Shown here: positions 1 to 9,848 of the stretch, piece after piece
How positions within the stretch are numbered: position 1 is the first letter of the stretch
Layout: the number at the start of each line of letters is the position of its first letter
Virus record (IMG/VR): IMGVR_UViG_2703719303_000002
Span: 39,354-103,353 of that record
From: a virus
Taxonomy: Duplodnaviria; Caudoviricetes
Strand: one strand, 5' to 3'
Length of the DNA stretch: 64,000 nt
Position numbers and translations under genes: made by a program
The notes under the pieces: generated by a model
Database searches by the model: none
Told to the model about the DNA's origin: nothing
The model's input: the letters and a program-made list of their open reading frames with translations, nothing else

Positions 1-670
1 CTTTTACAACTTTTGCAAACATAGGATTTGTTTCTATATTAACTCTAAACGTAGCTGGCTCAAAACGTCCTGCATATCCAATTATATATGCATATATATA
101 TAATCTTTGCTCTTTTTTATCTTCTCTTACTTCTCTTATTGTAATTTCCTGAGTAAAATTATTTTCTTCCTTAAATTTTTCATCACTAAAGTTTATAGGA
201 TTAGTACATTGTTGTACTTTCGAAATATTTAATGTATATTGTTCTTTAGTTACACCATCTTTGTTTTGATAAGTACTATATGATGGTTTTCCTATAATTA
301 CCACATCCATACCATCTTTAAAATCATCATTAATCCTTTTTGCTAAATCATAATCCGTTTCAATAATCTCATATCCTTTAGGTAATGGATTATTTCTCTT
401 ATTCCAATCAACAGCCAACGCCTTTTCCTTTTCTTTGTTATAAGCATATGCATTATCTTGCGTGCATCCAAAAACCTCAACAACTGGACTATTACTATCT
501 GATGTTTGTAAGATAAATCGTATTTTTCTGTAAGCTCTCTTGTCTGCTTTTTCTGGAACATCTTCAAATCCCAATGATTTTCTAGGTTCTGTAAGTCCTT
601 GAATTCTTCCTCTTAATCTAAATGATCCTTTCTGTTCTTGTAAAATTCCTTTATACTCTTGTTTTGCCAT
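1..670 (-). CDS. Phage protein, 3' end outside window; possible OB-fold ssDNA-binding/replication protein
   Basis: ATG at 670 with GGAGG RBS; open frame MAKQEYKGILQEQKGSFRLRGRIQG... runs off the edge; absent from the ORF track; function is inference. Confidence 0.75.
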   Translation of the reverse strand, partial: MAKQEYKGILQEQKGSFRLRGRIQGLTEPRKSLGFEDVPEKADKRAYRKIRFILQTSDSNSPVVEVFGCTQDNAYAYNKEKEKALAVDWNKRNNPLPKGYEIIETDYDLAKRINDDFKDGMDVVIIGKPSYSTYQNKDGVTKEQYTLNISKVQQCTNPINFSDEKFKEENNFTQEITIREVREDKKEQRLYIYAYIIGYAGRFEPATFRVNIETNPMFAKVVK

Positions 671-701
671 TGAAACATTCCTCCTAAAATTTATCATTAT
701 A

Positions 702-733
702 TTTATAATACAATACTAAGTGTTATAAGTCAA
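702..733 (-). promoter_or_regulatory. sigmaA promoter TTGACT-17-TATTAT containing the 18-bp box (713-730)
   Basis: Minus strand ttgact tataacacttagtattg tattat. Confidence 0.75.
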
Positions 734-951
734 GTGAAACTAATAGCTCCAAAAAATTTCAGCACCCAACCACATACTGCAATAGGTATAGTTATTTCTC
801 CTGTAAATAATCCTATTATTAAATTACCTATCGTAGGTATAGCAATATGAAACCATGAAAGGATCTCTTGTACCGACCAAGCTCCTATACTTATATTAAG
901 AATTACTAAAAAAATCGGAACAAAACACCCTAAGCATCCTGATTTCTTCAT
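730..951 (-). CDS. Small membrane protein
   Basis: Hydrophobic 73-aa ORF with RBS. Confidence 0.75.
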   Translation of the reverse strand: MKKSGCLGCFVPIFLVILNISIGAWSVQEILSWFHIAIPTIGNLIIGLFTGEITIPIAVCGWVLKFFGAISFT

Positions 952-970
952 ATAAACACACCACCTTATT

Positions 971-1207
971 TTATTTGTTATTTCTTAGATTAAAAATTTT
1001 CAGACTACTAGATATTGCTTCTTCTAGTGTGTTGCCATATCCATGACAAAAATGTTTATTATTTAACGGATCACTGACAGGTTCTATGTTCATTATCCTA
1101 TCAGCTAAATTGCAATGCCACTTATCTTCTAATCTATTTATTAATGGATGGTACTTCTCGTACTTTTTTAAAAATTCTGCTACACAAATTTTCATATTAA
1201 AACTCAT
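971..1207 (-). CDS. Hypothetical phage protein
   Basis: Translationally coupled ORF in the minus-strand array. Confidence 0.65.
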   Translation of the reverse strand: MSFNMKICVAEFLKKYEKYHPLINRLEDKWHCNLADRIMNIEPVSDPLNNKHFCHGYGNTLEEAISSSLKIFNLRNNK

Positions 1208-1481
1208 TCTCCTTTATTTTTTTTATATTGTAAGACTCTATATAATCTGCTTTGGTTTTTAAGCGAATATACCTATTTTCTAGGACTACCAACCCCATAT
1301 TCTTTCCTTGTAATGCTGCAACAATATCTTTTTTCTTTTTTAATGGTGGATTTAGTCCACTATTATCTGCATATACAGCACAATCACAAGCAGTACCTTT
1401 TCCAGATATAAACACCACATCAACAACGTAAACTTCTTTGTTCTCTGCCGTTTGATTCGTTTCTAATGTATCAATTTTCAA
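1197..1481 (-). CDS. Hypothetical phage protein
   Basis: GAGGTG RBS, TTG start. Confidence 0.7.
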   Translation of the reverse strand: MKIDTLETNQTAENKEVYVVDVVFISGKGTACDCAVYADNSGLNPPLKKKKDIVAALQGKNMGLVVLENRYIRLKTKADYIESYNIKKIKENEF

Positions 1482-1495
1482 AACATAACACCTCT

Positions 1496-1732
1496 TTATT
1501 CTTCTAATATAGAATATGATTCAATCATACTTGTACAAGATATATTCCCTTGAAAATATTTTGTACAAATCCAAATTAAGTGATTATTGCTTTCTAAAAT
1601 TCCTTTAATTTCTTCCTTTGTAGAACAAAAAAATGCAATATCGCCTTTATTACATACTTTATTCTTTGCTATTCTAGCTTTATGAATGAGTGTTCCATCC
1701 CTTAGTAGAATATTCACATATATTTCTTTCAC
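1496..1732 (-). CDS. Hypothetical phage protein
   Basis: GAGGAG RBS, GTG start. Confidence 0.7.
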   Translation of the reverse strand: MKEIYVNILLRDGTLIHKARIAKNKVCNKGDIAFFCSTKEEIKGILESNNHLIWICTKYFQGNISCTSMIESYSILEE

Positions 1733-2038
1733 TTATATCTCCTCTCTCTTCTTATAAAAGCTAGTTTTTATAAGAGTTGCACTACCATCTTTGATTTCAT
1801 ATATAGTCTCCACACTATAATCTTTACCACTCCATAAGTCTATTGCTAGAAATATTTTTTCATAAACCTTTTTCAGTAACTTAAATGGCTTATACTTTTT
1901 GCTATAACAGGCTTTATTAATATTCCTATACAATATTGTCTTATCGTTTCTTTTACTACACATAGTTAAATGTGCGTTAAAAAAACGAATACGCTTATTG
2001 ATATTCTTACTTATCTTTTTAACTTGTCTTCTATTCAT
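1733..2038 (-). CDS. Hypothetical basic phage protein
   Basis: GAGGT RBS, coupled to neighbours. Confidence 0.7.
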   Translation of the reverse strand: MNRRQVKKISKNINKRIRFFNAHLTMCSKRNDKTILYRNINKACYSKKYKPFKLLKKVYEKIFLAIDLWSGKDYSVETIYEIKDGSATLIKTSFYKKREEI

Positions 2039-2280
2039 ACAATTACCTCTAATAACTCAGGATTTTCGTAGATGTTGCCAATCACTTCCACCCTGTTTCC
2101 ATTCCTCACACAATTAAATAAATCTTGATTTGAACGTTTTTTACACATATACAGCAAAGGTACTTTTTCATTCGCACCAAGATACTTCTCCCACTCTTTC
2201 CTTTAATCCATTTTTTTGTTGCATATAGCGATTTTGGTAAATCAAAAGTATATTTGATAACATCACACCCATATAATTTT
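2035..2280 (-). pseudogene. YopX-family pseudogene (frameshifted remnant)
   Basis: YopX C-terminal signature EVIGNIYENPELL at about 2047-2088; upstream part broken across frames. Confidence 0.75.
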
Positions 2281-2318
2281 ATTTTTAATTCTTATCTATA
2301 TCTCTTCCTATATCGCCT

Positions 2319-2702
2319 TTACTCCTCCTTGATCATAAAATTAATTGCTTCTAATTGCCCTACAGATAAGTTTACCCCTTGTAAATCACTAATTGAAATT
2401 TGATGAACATCTATTTCATTTTCAATATCTAACAACTCCTCAAAATCTTTGTTCCACTGCTCTTGGTTGTCACTTTTAGGTAACCCTTTTTTATCTTTTA
2501 ATGGATTTCCATTTTCATCTCTTTTCACATATTTATCTGTTAATTTTTTTGATATTTCATCAAAATTCTTTAATACACTATTAACTTTATTTTTGTTTTT
2601 CATTAGTGCATACGAAGCCCTTATTGGTAGCTCTTTTTTCATTAGCTGTTGCATTCCACTTATCCCATTTATCATTTCCCTGTTTGTTATTTTTTTTATC
2701 AT
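2319..2702 (-). CDS. Phage protein, DUF1617-like
   Basis: LPIRASYALMKN...KYVKRDENG...ELLDIENEI pattern; AGGAGG RBS. Confidence 0.6.
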   Translation of the reverse strand: MIKKITNREMINGISGMQQLMKKELPIRASYALMKNKNKVNSVLKNFDEISKKLTDKYVKRDENGNPLKDKKGLPKSDNQEQWNKDFEELLDIENEIDVHQISISDLQGVNLSVGQLEAINFMIKEE

Positions 2703-2798
2703 TTCTAACTCCTCCTAAATATTATTTATATTTAATAAGATATAATTGTAATTGTTTATATAACCTTTTTACACTCTTATATCTTAATTTATAACCTT

Positions 2799-2981
2799 CT
2801 AACAGCTATTGTTTATTCTTATAGTTTGGCTATATTCTACTTCCAATTTGCTTTCACTTTCTATGTTAAATAAAGCTTTTCTCATTTGCTTTTTGTGTGT
2901 TTCCTTTTCTTCTTCGTTTTGATATTCGTATTTCCATAGTTTCATTTGACAAATTTCTTTATGAACTTTTCTTAACCTCAT
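2799..2981 (-). CDS. Hypothetical phage protein
   Basis: AAGGAG RBS. Confidence 0.6.
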   Translation of the reverse strand: MRLRKVHKEICQMKLWKYEYQNEEEKETHKKQMRKALFNIESESKLEVEYSQTIRINNSC

Positions 2982-3087
2982 TTTTTACTCCTTGTCCTTG
3001 CTTTTTTAATGCATTTTATAAAAATAAAATTCATTTAACATAAATTTTATTTTTATAAAATTGTAAAATACTAATCGCCATAAGTGA

Positions 3088-3522
3088 TTAAAATAAAGCG
3101 GATACCTCTCTATTCGTTGTAAATGTATATAAATAACACTTATTTATTATCTCTTTATTAGGGATAATACCCATTTCTATTTTTCTTTCATAATAATCAT
3201 ATCTCTTTTTTTCATCTTCTGTAAAAACAGCCATTTTTGCTAATTCCAAAATTTCTTCTATTGCACTTTTACAAAATTCAATGTCTTTTGAATCTTGTAA
3301 ATTAACATTTATGGGATTGCTTATCTTTTCATTCTGCTTTTCCCCATACTGATATATTCCTACTTGCCAATCCCATTCGTTTATATAAAGAACAACATAC
3401 CCATAAGAGATAGGTATCATATAAAACCTATCTCCATCTATATTCTCTCCTTTAGATAAGATATACTCTTTAACCTTTTTAAATAAGTCTAATTTTGCCT
3501 TTGCTTTAGTTTCATTTTTCAT
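3088..3522 (-). CDS. Hypothetical phage protein
   Basis: GAGGGGG RBS supports ATG at 3522 rather than 3564. Confidence 0.7.
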   Translation of the reverse strand: MKNETKAKAKLDLFKKVKEYILSKGENIDGDRFYMIPISYGYVVLYINEWDWQVGIYQYGEKQNEKISNPINVNLQDSKDIEFCKSAIEEILELAKMAVFTEDEKKRYDYYERKIEMGIIPNKEIINKCYLYTFTTNREVSALF

Positions 3523-3542
3523 TTTATTATCCCCCTCTATAA

Positions 3543-4412
3543 CTACTTTAATTTTGTTAACCATTTAATAGAGTCTGCTGTTGCATAGCCATAAGCAGCA
3601 GCAACAACTTCAATAGATACTCCCTTTTTTAGTAGAAATAACATCTTTGACATTCTAACAATTCTTAAATCTACTTTCTCTAAGTTTATGTTTATTTTCC
3701 TAAATTCGTCTTTATATTCCTGCTTAGTTTTAGAAAAAATATTTCTTATTCCTTTCACTTTACCATCAGTACGACATCCTATTAATAGTGCCTTTATAAC
3801 ATAAGGACATTCTTTATAATCTATTGTATATACTCTCCCATCCTTCCCCATCTTCTCCTTTCCCTTTTCATTCTCTATATTATGAAGATCTTTTATAATA
3901 TCTTTATCTTCTATAATATATTCTTTATTTTTTGTTTTTAATAAAGCTTTTTTATTCAAAAAAGAAATATCTTGCATTTTTAAATTTTGTATTTCATCAG
4001 GTTTCAATCCCTCCCAAGATAATTCAATAACTAATCTATCCCTTATACATTGCACAACACCACACATATCTTTATATTGTTTATATGAAATTAAAGTTTC
4101 CTTAACTTCATCCTTTTTTACATATCTTGATAAATCTGTAACAGGAAAATTTCCTATAGTTATATTTTCTTCGTATGCAACATAAGCAGCAAACTGTCTG
4201 AGAACTAATAAAACTGAATTAACTCCTCTAGGTGTTGATGGTCTTACAATATCCATTAACATTCCTACTTCTTTTCCATTCTTTTGTTCCCACTCCATCA
4301 AACCTTTTCCCGTTTTTTCTTCTACTTCTATAATAGTCTTTAGAATTCTTTTGGAAGCTTTTGGGTAAAATTGCGTAAATAAATTATAATAGTATTTACT
4401 CGTGTTCTTCAT
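3543..4412 (-). CDS. Catalytically degenerate tyrosine-recombinase-fold protein; putative MrpR/SroF(YopR)-like master repressor
   Basis: RDRLVIELSWEGLKPDEIQNLK mimics integrase box I with Arg replaced by Lys; no HxxR, LGH or terminal Tyr; context like the SPbeta sro operon. Confidence 0.7.
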   Translation of the reverse strand: MKNTSKYYYNLFTQFYPKASKRILKTIIEVEEKTGKGLMEWEQKNGKEVGMLMDIVRPSTPRGVNSVLLVLRQFAAYVAYEENITIGNFPVTDLSRYVKKDEVKETLISYKQYKDMCGVVQCIRDRLVIELSWEGLKPDEIQNLKMQDISFLNKKALLKTKNKEYIIEDKDIIKDLHNIENEKGKEKMGKDGRVYTIDYKECPYVIKALLIGCRTDGKVKGIRNIFSKTKQEYKDEFRKININLEKVDLRIVRMSKMLFLLKKGVSIEVVAAAYGYATADSIKWLTKLK

Positions 4413-4944
4413 CTTTACTTACTCCTTTCTTAATGATGTAAAAGGACTTAGGAATAATACCCAATTCCTCTATAACAATAGCCTTTTTGTACTTTTTAAC
4501 AGCTCCTGATGATGTCATATAGCGCACAAAAAGTTCATCAATTTCCTCATCTTCAACTACCACTAACTCTTTATTAACTGTAATAGAAAGAAGCCCTTTT
4601 AATCTATTGTTATCTTCAGCAGCCTTTTGTAATGCATTCTTTAAGCTTTGTATATCTTCATCCTTTTTTTGATTTGATCTTTTAAGTTTACTTAATTCTA
4701 TCTTTAAAACATCCGCATTTGTATCGTTATCAACCTTATTTTTATTTTTTAAATCCTCTTTAAATAAAATATTCTTAAATTCTTCTTGATCCTTTTCTGT
4801 TTCAAGAATACTATAGTCTCCCTCTAGCATTTTTTCTATCTCTTTTGAAATAGATATGGGAGATAATAAAAATCTCTTCTTTAGAAATGCGGAAATTTCT
4901 AGTTCTTTACCTTTCAAAATTTGATTATCTATATTTAAATTCAT
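4396..4944 (-). CDS. Hypothetical coiled-coil protein co-transcribed with the MrpR-like gene
   Basis: GAGGTG RBS before ATG 4944; overlaps the next gene. Confidence 0.75.
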   Translation of the reverse strand: MNLNIDNQILKGKELEISAFLKKRFLLSPISISKEIEKMLEGDYSILETEKDQEEFKNILFKEDLKNKNKVDNDTNADVLKIELSKLKRSNQKKDEDIQSLKNALQKAAEDNNRLKGLLSITVNKELVVVEDEEIDELFVRYMTSSGAVKKYKKAIVIEELGIIPKSFYIIKKGVSKDEEHE

Positions 4945-4964
4945 TTTTTTCACCTCACAAAATC

Positions 4965-5013
4965 AATTATAGCAATTCGTATGAAAAAAGTCAATATACT
5001 AATTGCTATAAAT
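4965..5013 (-). promoter_or_regulatory. Strong sigmaA promoter TTGACT-17-TATAAT (TGn-extended) flanked by two inverted copies of the 18-bp box
   Basis: -35 at 4989-4994, -10 at 4966-4971; boxes at 4965-4982 (+) and 4996-5013 (-). Confidence 0.8.
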
Positions 5014-5020
5014 TAAAAAT

Positions 5021-5920
5021 TCAAAATATCTTATTAAGAGGATTGGCTTCTACTGCATTTTTTAATTGCTCTTTAGAAACATCTGTGTATATTCTGGTTG
5101 TAGAAACATCTTCGTGTCCTAATAATTCTTGTAACTGAAATAAATCTACTTCTCCACTTTGATATAATAGAGTTGCAAACGTATGTCTTAATATATGTAC
5201 TAAAACATCATTGTCACCTTTAATTCCTGCATTGTACATGGCATTTCTGATAGCATTTTGAACAGTTCCTCGTGCTATTCTACCATTTCTTTCTGATAAA
5301 AATAGAGCTTTTGTCTTTAAATTTTTTGGTCTTTGTTTAATATATAATTTAACAATCTTTTTTGCCTGATCTGTTAAATAAACTACTCTTTCTTTATTTT
5401 CTTTACCTATAATTCTTATTTCTTCTTCTAATATATTATCTACATTTAGGGATATGAGTTCTGATAATCTCATACCTGTTGATAAAAATATTATTATAAT
5501 ACACTTATCTCGAATAGTATTTCTGCTATTAACACTATTTATCAACCTTTTGCATTCTTCTATACTTAATGATTTTGGCAATCTTTTAGGAATCTTAGGT
5601 AAATCTCTTTTGTCTATCTTATCAAAAGGGTTATCTAATACAATTTTTTCTTGATCTAAATATTGAAAGAATAACTTTAAACTAATAATTTTTCTTCTAA
5701 TTGTTGTTGCTGCTCTCCCATTTTTTATTAAGTAGTTAATGAATTTTTTTATCTCCCTATAATCTATATTAACAAAATCCTCATCTTTTGTTATCTGCCT
5801 TTTTTTGTTTTTCATATATCTAAACCATACTTTTAAATCATTTAAATATTGTTTTCTAGTTCCTTCAGACTTAACTAAAAGATTTTTTTCATACATTTCA
5901 AGTCTTTCTTCTACCTTCAT
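5021..5920 (-). CDS. XerC/D-family tyrosine recombinase
   Basis: TGMRLSEL, GKENKER, HILRH, LLGH, TTRIY: full catalytic set. Confidence 0.93.
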   Translation of the reverse strand: MKVEERLEMYEKNLLVKSEGTRKQYLNDLKVWFRYMKNKKRQITKDEDFVNIDYREIKKFINYLIKNGRAATTIRRKIISLKLFFQYLDQEKIVLDNPFDKIDKRDLPKIPKRLPKSLSIEECKRLINSVNSRNTIRDKCIIIIFLSTGMRLSELISLNVDNILEEEIRIIGKENKERVVYLTDQAKKIVKLYIKQRPKNLKTKALFLSERNGRIARGTVQNAIRNAMYNAGIKGDNDVLVHILRHTFATLLYQSGEVDLFQLQELLGHEDVSTTRIYTDVSKEQLKNAVEANPLNKIF

Positions 5921-6069
5921 TTTCTTTTTCGCACCTCCAACTCTTTATTTAAATTATTCTTTTCTTTAATCCATACTATAGAAGAAAAAACGTCTCTTAA
6001 AAATCTTATTACCTCTATTACAATCTCTAGTAGTATTTTTATTATTCCGAAAAACAAAAATACTCCCAT

Positions 6070-6357
6070 TTAAGCACACCTTACTTTCAGTGGAAGAAAG
6101 AATCTGTTATCATGCGATTCGATTTCTTTAAATAAGAACTTCAAATTTTTATGTTTACCATGGTGATGCATACCCACCCCTTGGCGTGTATTTTCATGAT
6201 ATAATACAATTCCTTCCTTCATCACCTGATTTCTTTTAATATACCACGTATCTAATTTACTTTTTATCCTAATAAAATTCCCTATAAAATCATATTTAAA
6301 ATTATATATTCTACATAAATTTTCTATTTCCTTTTCTTTATTATTCAATACTGTCAC
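6070..6357 (-). CDS. Hypothetical phage protein
   Basis: Overlaps the upstream stop; His-rich LYHEN...HHHGKH. Confidence 0.7.
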   Translation of the reverse strand: MTVLNNKEKEIENLCRIYNFKYDFIGNFIRIKSKLDTWYIKRNQVMKEGIVLYHENTRQGVGMHHHGKHKNLKFLFKEIESHDNRFFLPLKVRCA

Positions 6358-7399
6358 CTTCTTTAAAAATCTCTTCTATTTTTTTGTTGATTTCTTCATC
6401 TTGATTAGAAAAATACTCGTTATAGTCTTTTTTAAGTTCCTCTAATCTAATCTTGATAGATTCTGATCTTGCCGAACCTGAACCAGCAGCAGAATTATAT
6501 TTTTCACTTATAGAAGCTCTTCTTTTTCCACTGTAAAATTTTAATAACCAACTTGCTAGTTCTTCTATAGTTTTATCTGATTTAATTACTATAGGTATTA
6601 TTGTAAGTAAATGCGTTCTTGTAAGAATTCTTTTAGCTATCTTTTTATGTTCTTTATCTTCTGTATTTATTGCTTTCCATATATCTAATATTTTACTATA
6701 TGCTTTTTTTATCTCTTCTTTTTGTTGTTCTGTAAATTCTACATCTTGCATAAGCGGTCTTATTTTTTTAGTTTCAAAACTAGGGTTTTCTGTATATAAC
6801 ATTGCATACGTCTTTATTACAATATCTTCATTTGTATATTTATTTACCTGCTTTAATGTTAGAGCATTTTTAAATATTTCATGATTACCTAATTCCCTTA
6901 TTGCATCAAAACTTTTGGCTTTAACTCTTGTTAATTCTATTGCTGATAAAGCTTTTCCATTGTTTAATCTATAAAACATTTCACTTACTTGATCATCTGA
7001 TAAATCCAAAAAGAAATATACTGTTAAAGAGTAATCTTTTACTCTATCTTGTAATTCCTCTGGTAATTCCTCAAAACTCATTCCATTTACATCAATTGAT
7101 TCTCCATCTTCTAACTCAACTTCTTCTATTCCATCAAGTTTAAACTTTCCTTCTATAAATTCCTTAATTGCATGACAACGCTGTTTTCCATCCAACATAT
7201 CATATGTTTTATCTTCATTTCTTGCTGCATAAAAAGCTGGAATAGGATAATTCTGAAACATTGAATCTATAAGCAATATCTTTTTATCAGTTTTCCAACA
7301 TAAACCACGTTGTACTGAATTGTCAAATCCAAGAGTACCCTTGTCCATCATTTTTGCAATCTGTTTAGCAGTCCATTGTATATTTGATTTTTTTAACAT
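6341..7399 (-). CDS. DUF262 (ParB/Srx-like fold) protein without an HNH domain
   Basis: VQRGLCW, LIDSM...YPIPAFY, LDGKQR, FYRLNNGKALS motifs. Confidence 0.85.
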   Translation of the reverse strand: MLKKSNIQWTAKQIAKMMDKGTLGFDNSVQRGLCWKTDKKILLIDSMFQNYPIPAFYAARNEDKTYDMLDGKQRCHAIKEFIEGKFKLDGIEEVELEDGESIDVNGMSFEELPEELQDRVKDYSLTVYFFLDLSDDQVSEMFYRLNNGKALSAIELTRVKAKSFDAIRELGNHEIFKNALTLKQVNKYTNEDIVIKTYAMLYTENPSFETKKIRPLMQDVEFTEQQKEEIKKAYSKILDIWKAINTEDKEHKKIAKRILTRTHLLTIIPIVIKSDKTIEELASWLLKFYSGKRRASISEKYNSAAGSGSARSESIKIRLEELKKDYNEYFSNQDEEINKKIEEIFKEGDSIE

Positions 7400-7680
7400 T
7401 ATTAGAACCCCATTTCTTTTATTATATTTTTGTATATGAAAAAGCTAGTAATTGATTCCACTAACTCTTGCTTAAAGATAAAATTTTTCTATACTTTTTA
7501 CTTCAATTTAAAGTAAACCTTCTATTTAGTAATCTAATGGCTTTATAGCTATTTCCAATTTGTTCTCTACTGGTTGGATTGATAAAATTGTCCTTTCAAG
7601 GTATTCACACTCTTTATCATTCACTTTCATTTTTACCTTAAATTATCCACTTAAAACTCTCATTGATGAACCATGTACTT

Positions 7681-8211
7681 TTAATGATTTATTAATGAGA
7701 GTTCTTTTTCTAATTCATTTTGTCTTTTTTCTAAATTAGAAATTTTCTTTTTCATTTCTGATTCTATTCTCTTTGATAATCTTCTTTCTATTTCAACCTT
7801 CACTTCGTTCCAATTTTCTATAGCATAAATTACATATTTCATATAATTCCTATAAAGAAGATCTGTCTTAAATGGTTCTTGTTTCTTAATAGTAAAAAAA
7901 TATGTTTCTGTTCTTGGTTCAATACGTTTACCATCACAATTAATATGCTTCCAAGAAATCACACAAATATATTCATCTCTAATTTCAAAACCTAGCGTTT
8001 CATCTCCACATTTATACAATGAAATTCCTGTATCAATAAAACATGAATATTTTTTCAAGGAATATAAATCATCAAACATCTTATTCCAACCTATATTTCT
8101 TTTTTCTGTAATCTCATTTTTTAATTGTACTTGCTCTAATTCTATTTTTCTTAATGTTTTATCAAGTTCTTTTCTTATTTCATATAATCTTTCTAATTTA
8201 TTCATTTTCAC
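7681..8211 (-). CDS. Hypothetical protein with coiled-coil ends
   Basis: GGGAG RBS, 176-aa ORF. Confidence 0.75.
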   Translation of the reverse strand: MKMNKLERLYEIRKELDKTLRKIELEQVQLKNEITEKRNIGWNKMFDDLYSLKKYSCFIDTGISLYKCGDETLGFEIRDEYICVISWKHINCDGKRIEPRTETYFFTIKKQEPFKTDLLYRNYMKYVIYAIENWNEVKVEIERRLSKRIESEMKKKISNLEKRQNELEKELSLINH

Positions 8212-8254
8212 ACAACTCCCTATAATTTATTTTTCAATTTTTTCTTTAACAATC

Positions 8255-8527
8255 TCATTTAATTTGTAATGTTCTTTTAATTTTCTTATATTCATTGTTT
8301 GTTTTGAAAGCTATACGTGGAGTTTTCCCCGTATAATAATCTATTTCCACTACACTACTTATTAAATAGCCTTTACTTTCTTGTTTCGCTAAATATTCAA
8401 ATAGCTCTTTTTTGATTTCTGCTTCTACAATTTCCACCCTTGTATAATATTGTATCCTATATAATTTATTCTCTATTTTTCTCAACCTTTCAACATCTCC
8501 ATTCAATAGACTATAAAGTAATTTCAT
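8255..8527 (-). CDS. Hypothetical phage protein
   Basis: ORF in array; start uncertain. Confidence 0.55.
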   Translation of the reverse strand: MKLLYSLLNGDVERLRKIENKLYRIQYYTRVEIVEAEIKKELFEYLAKQESKGYLISSVVEIDYYTGKTPRIAFKTNNEYKKIKRTLQIK

Positions 8528-8593
8528 TAAAGTTATTAACTAATGATAATTCATCAATTAATATATTACATGAATCATTATGACATAATCTAA

Positions 8594-8851
8594 TTAGTCT
8601 ATAGTGTCCATTTCTATTACTTTTTTGTTAGTTAAGTATATTGCTTTTTCATCTTGCTTATCTTGATATAAAAAATAAATTTTATCTTTCAAAAATTCTT
8701 TTGCTATTTTTTTAAGTTTTACATTATATTTATTATCCTTTGTTATCGCTTTAAATCTACCGTTTCTCAATGGGCAATCACCACAATTTTTATCATAATT
8801 CATTATACATACAGTATCTAGTAATATTTTCAATTCATTCATCCTTAACAA
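8594..8851 (-). CDS. Hypothetical phage protein
   Basis: ORF in array. Confidence 0.55.
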   Translation of the reverse strand: MLRMNELKILLDTVCIMNYDKNCGDCPLRNGRFKAITKDNKYNVKLKKIAKEFLKDKIYFLYQDKQDEKAIYLTNKKVIEMDTID

Positions 8852-8873
8852 CTCTCTTTCATAATCTTATTTT

Positions 8874-9128
8874 TTATTTAAATAACTTTGATGAGTCAAA
8901 ATATACTTCTTCGCTATTATTATTTCTTACTGCTGACCAATAAAAAGCACTTCTACAAATTCCGCTTAAATATGTTTTTCTTCCTAATACTTCTAAAGCT
9001 TTCTTTGTGAGATTTTTTATCATCCATTTTATATACTGTCTTTGATGTTGCTTCTTCAATTTGTATCAAGTCTTCTTCTTTATACCCCATCCTGTTATTG
9101 TTTTTTTATCTTCACTTGTTAATTTCAT
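8874..9128 (-). pseudogene. Frameshifted small phage gene
   Basis: AGGAGGT RBS + ATG 9128; a coherent protein (MKLTSEDKK / GYKEEDLIQIEEATSKTVYK / KALEVLGRKTYLSGICRSAF) needs two frame changes. Confidence 0.55.
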
Positions 9129-9147
9129 TTTCTACCTCCTAAAATAC

Positions 9148-9510
9148 CTATAAAAGGGTGATTTTATAATTTTCCAATATCCATTTTTTAACTTCATCTA
9201 AAGAACCTAAAAGTTTTCTTTTAGAAAAAGTTTCTTGTTCTGAAAGAATTTCTGCTATAATTTGATTGCTACTTTCTTTATATTCTGCATACAAGTCCTC
9301 TAAACTTTTGTAATAAGTATTTACAGCGTTTTCAAGTTCCTCTTTCGTATAATTATTTAAGTCTATTGAATGATAGCTAATAGCATATATTTCATTTATT
9401 TCAGCTATATTTATTATTTTAAAAATACCTTTAGACACTTCCTTCACAAACTGAAAATCATCAGTTTGTATCCATTCTTTTCTAGCATCTTCTATTTCTT
9501 CAATCATCAA
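9148..9510 (-). CDS. Hypothetical phage protein
   Basis: AGGAGGT RBS. Confidence 0.75.
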   Translation of the reverse strand: MMIEEIEDARKEWIQTDDFQFVKEVSKGIFKIINIAEINEIYAISYHSIDLNNYTKEELENAVNTYYKSLEDLYAEYKESSNQIIAEILSEQETFSKRKLLGSLDEVKKWILENYKITLL

Positions 9511-9527
9511 ATAACCTCCTTTCTGTA

Positions 9528-9848
9528 CTATATAAACCCTTTAAGTTGATTTAATTCATTTTTACGTCTTTTATCATCTTTATGCACCTTATTAGTATTA
9601 ACTGGTTCAATTATTTTTTTCTTTTTCGTATCCATATCACACCTATTATCATCTTGTTGCACCTCAACGGTACTGCTTTTAATTTGACTTATATTATCGT
9701 TCTGCACCGAAAGGCAACCATTTATAGCTAAACGATATAATATTTCTTTAATGGTATCTTGCGCTCTATAAGATTGAGAAAGATAATCTAAAATTTTTTT
9801 ATCTTTTTCCTTATCTTCATTTAATGTAATATATATTCTCTTACTCAT
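9528..9848 (-). CDS. ParR-like ribbon-helix-helix adaptor
   Basis: N-terminal KRIYITL beta strand plus two helices, low-complexity linker and C-terminal helix; coupled to the ParM-like gene. Confidence 0.7.
   Translation of the reverse strand: MSKRIYITLNEDKEKDKKILDYLSQSYRAQDTIKEILYRLAINGCLSVQNDNISQIKSSTVEVQQDDNRCDMDTKKKKIIEPVNTNKVHKDDKRRKNELNQLKGFI

Noticed and set aside
343-567. 74-aa ORF
   Set aside because: Out-of-frame overlap with the longer RBS-supported gene at 1..670
3543-9500. Arbitrium (aimR/aimP) system
   Set aside because: No TPR-type receptor or signal-peptide propeptide ORF recognised near the sro-like cluster
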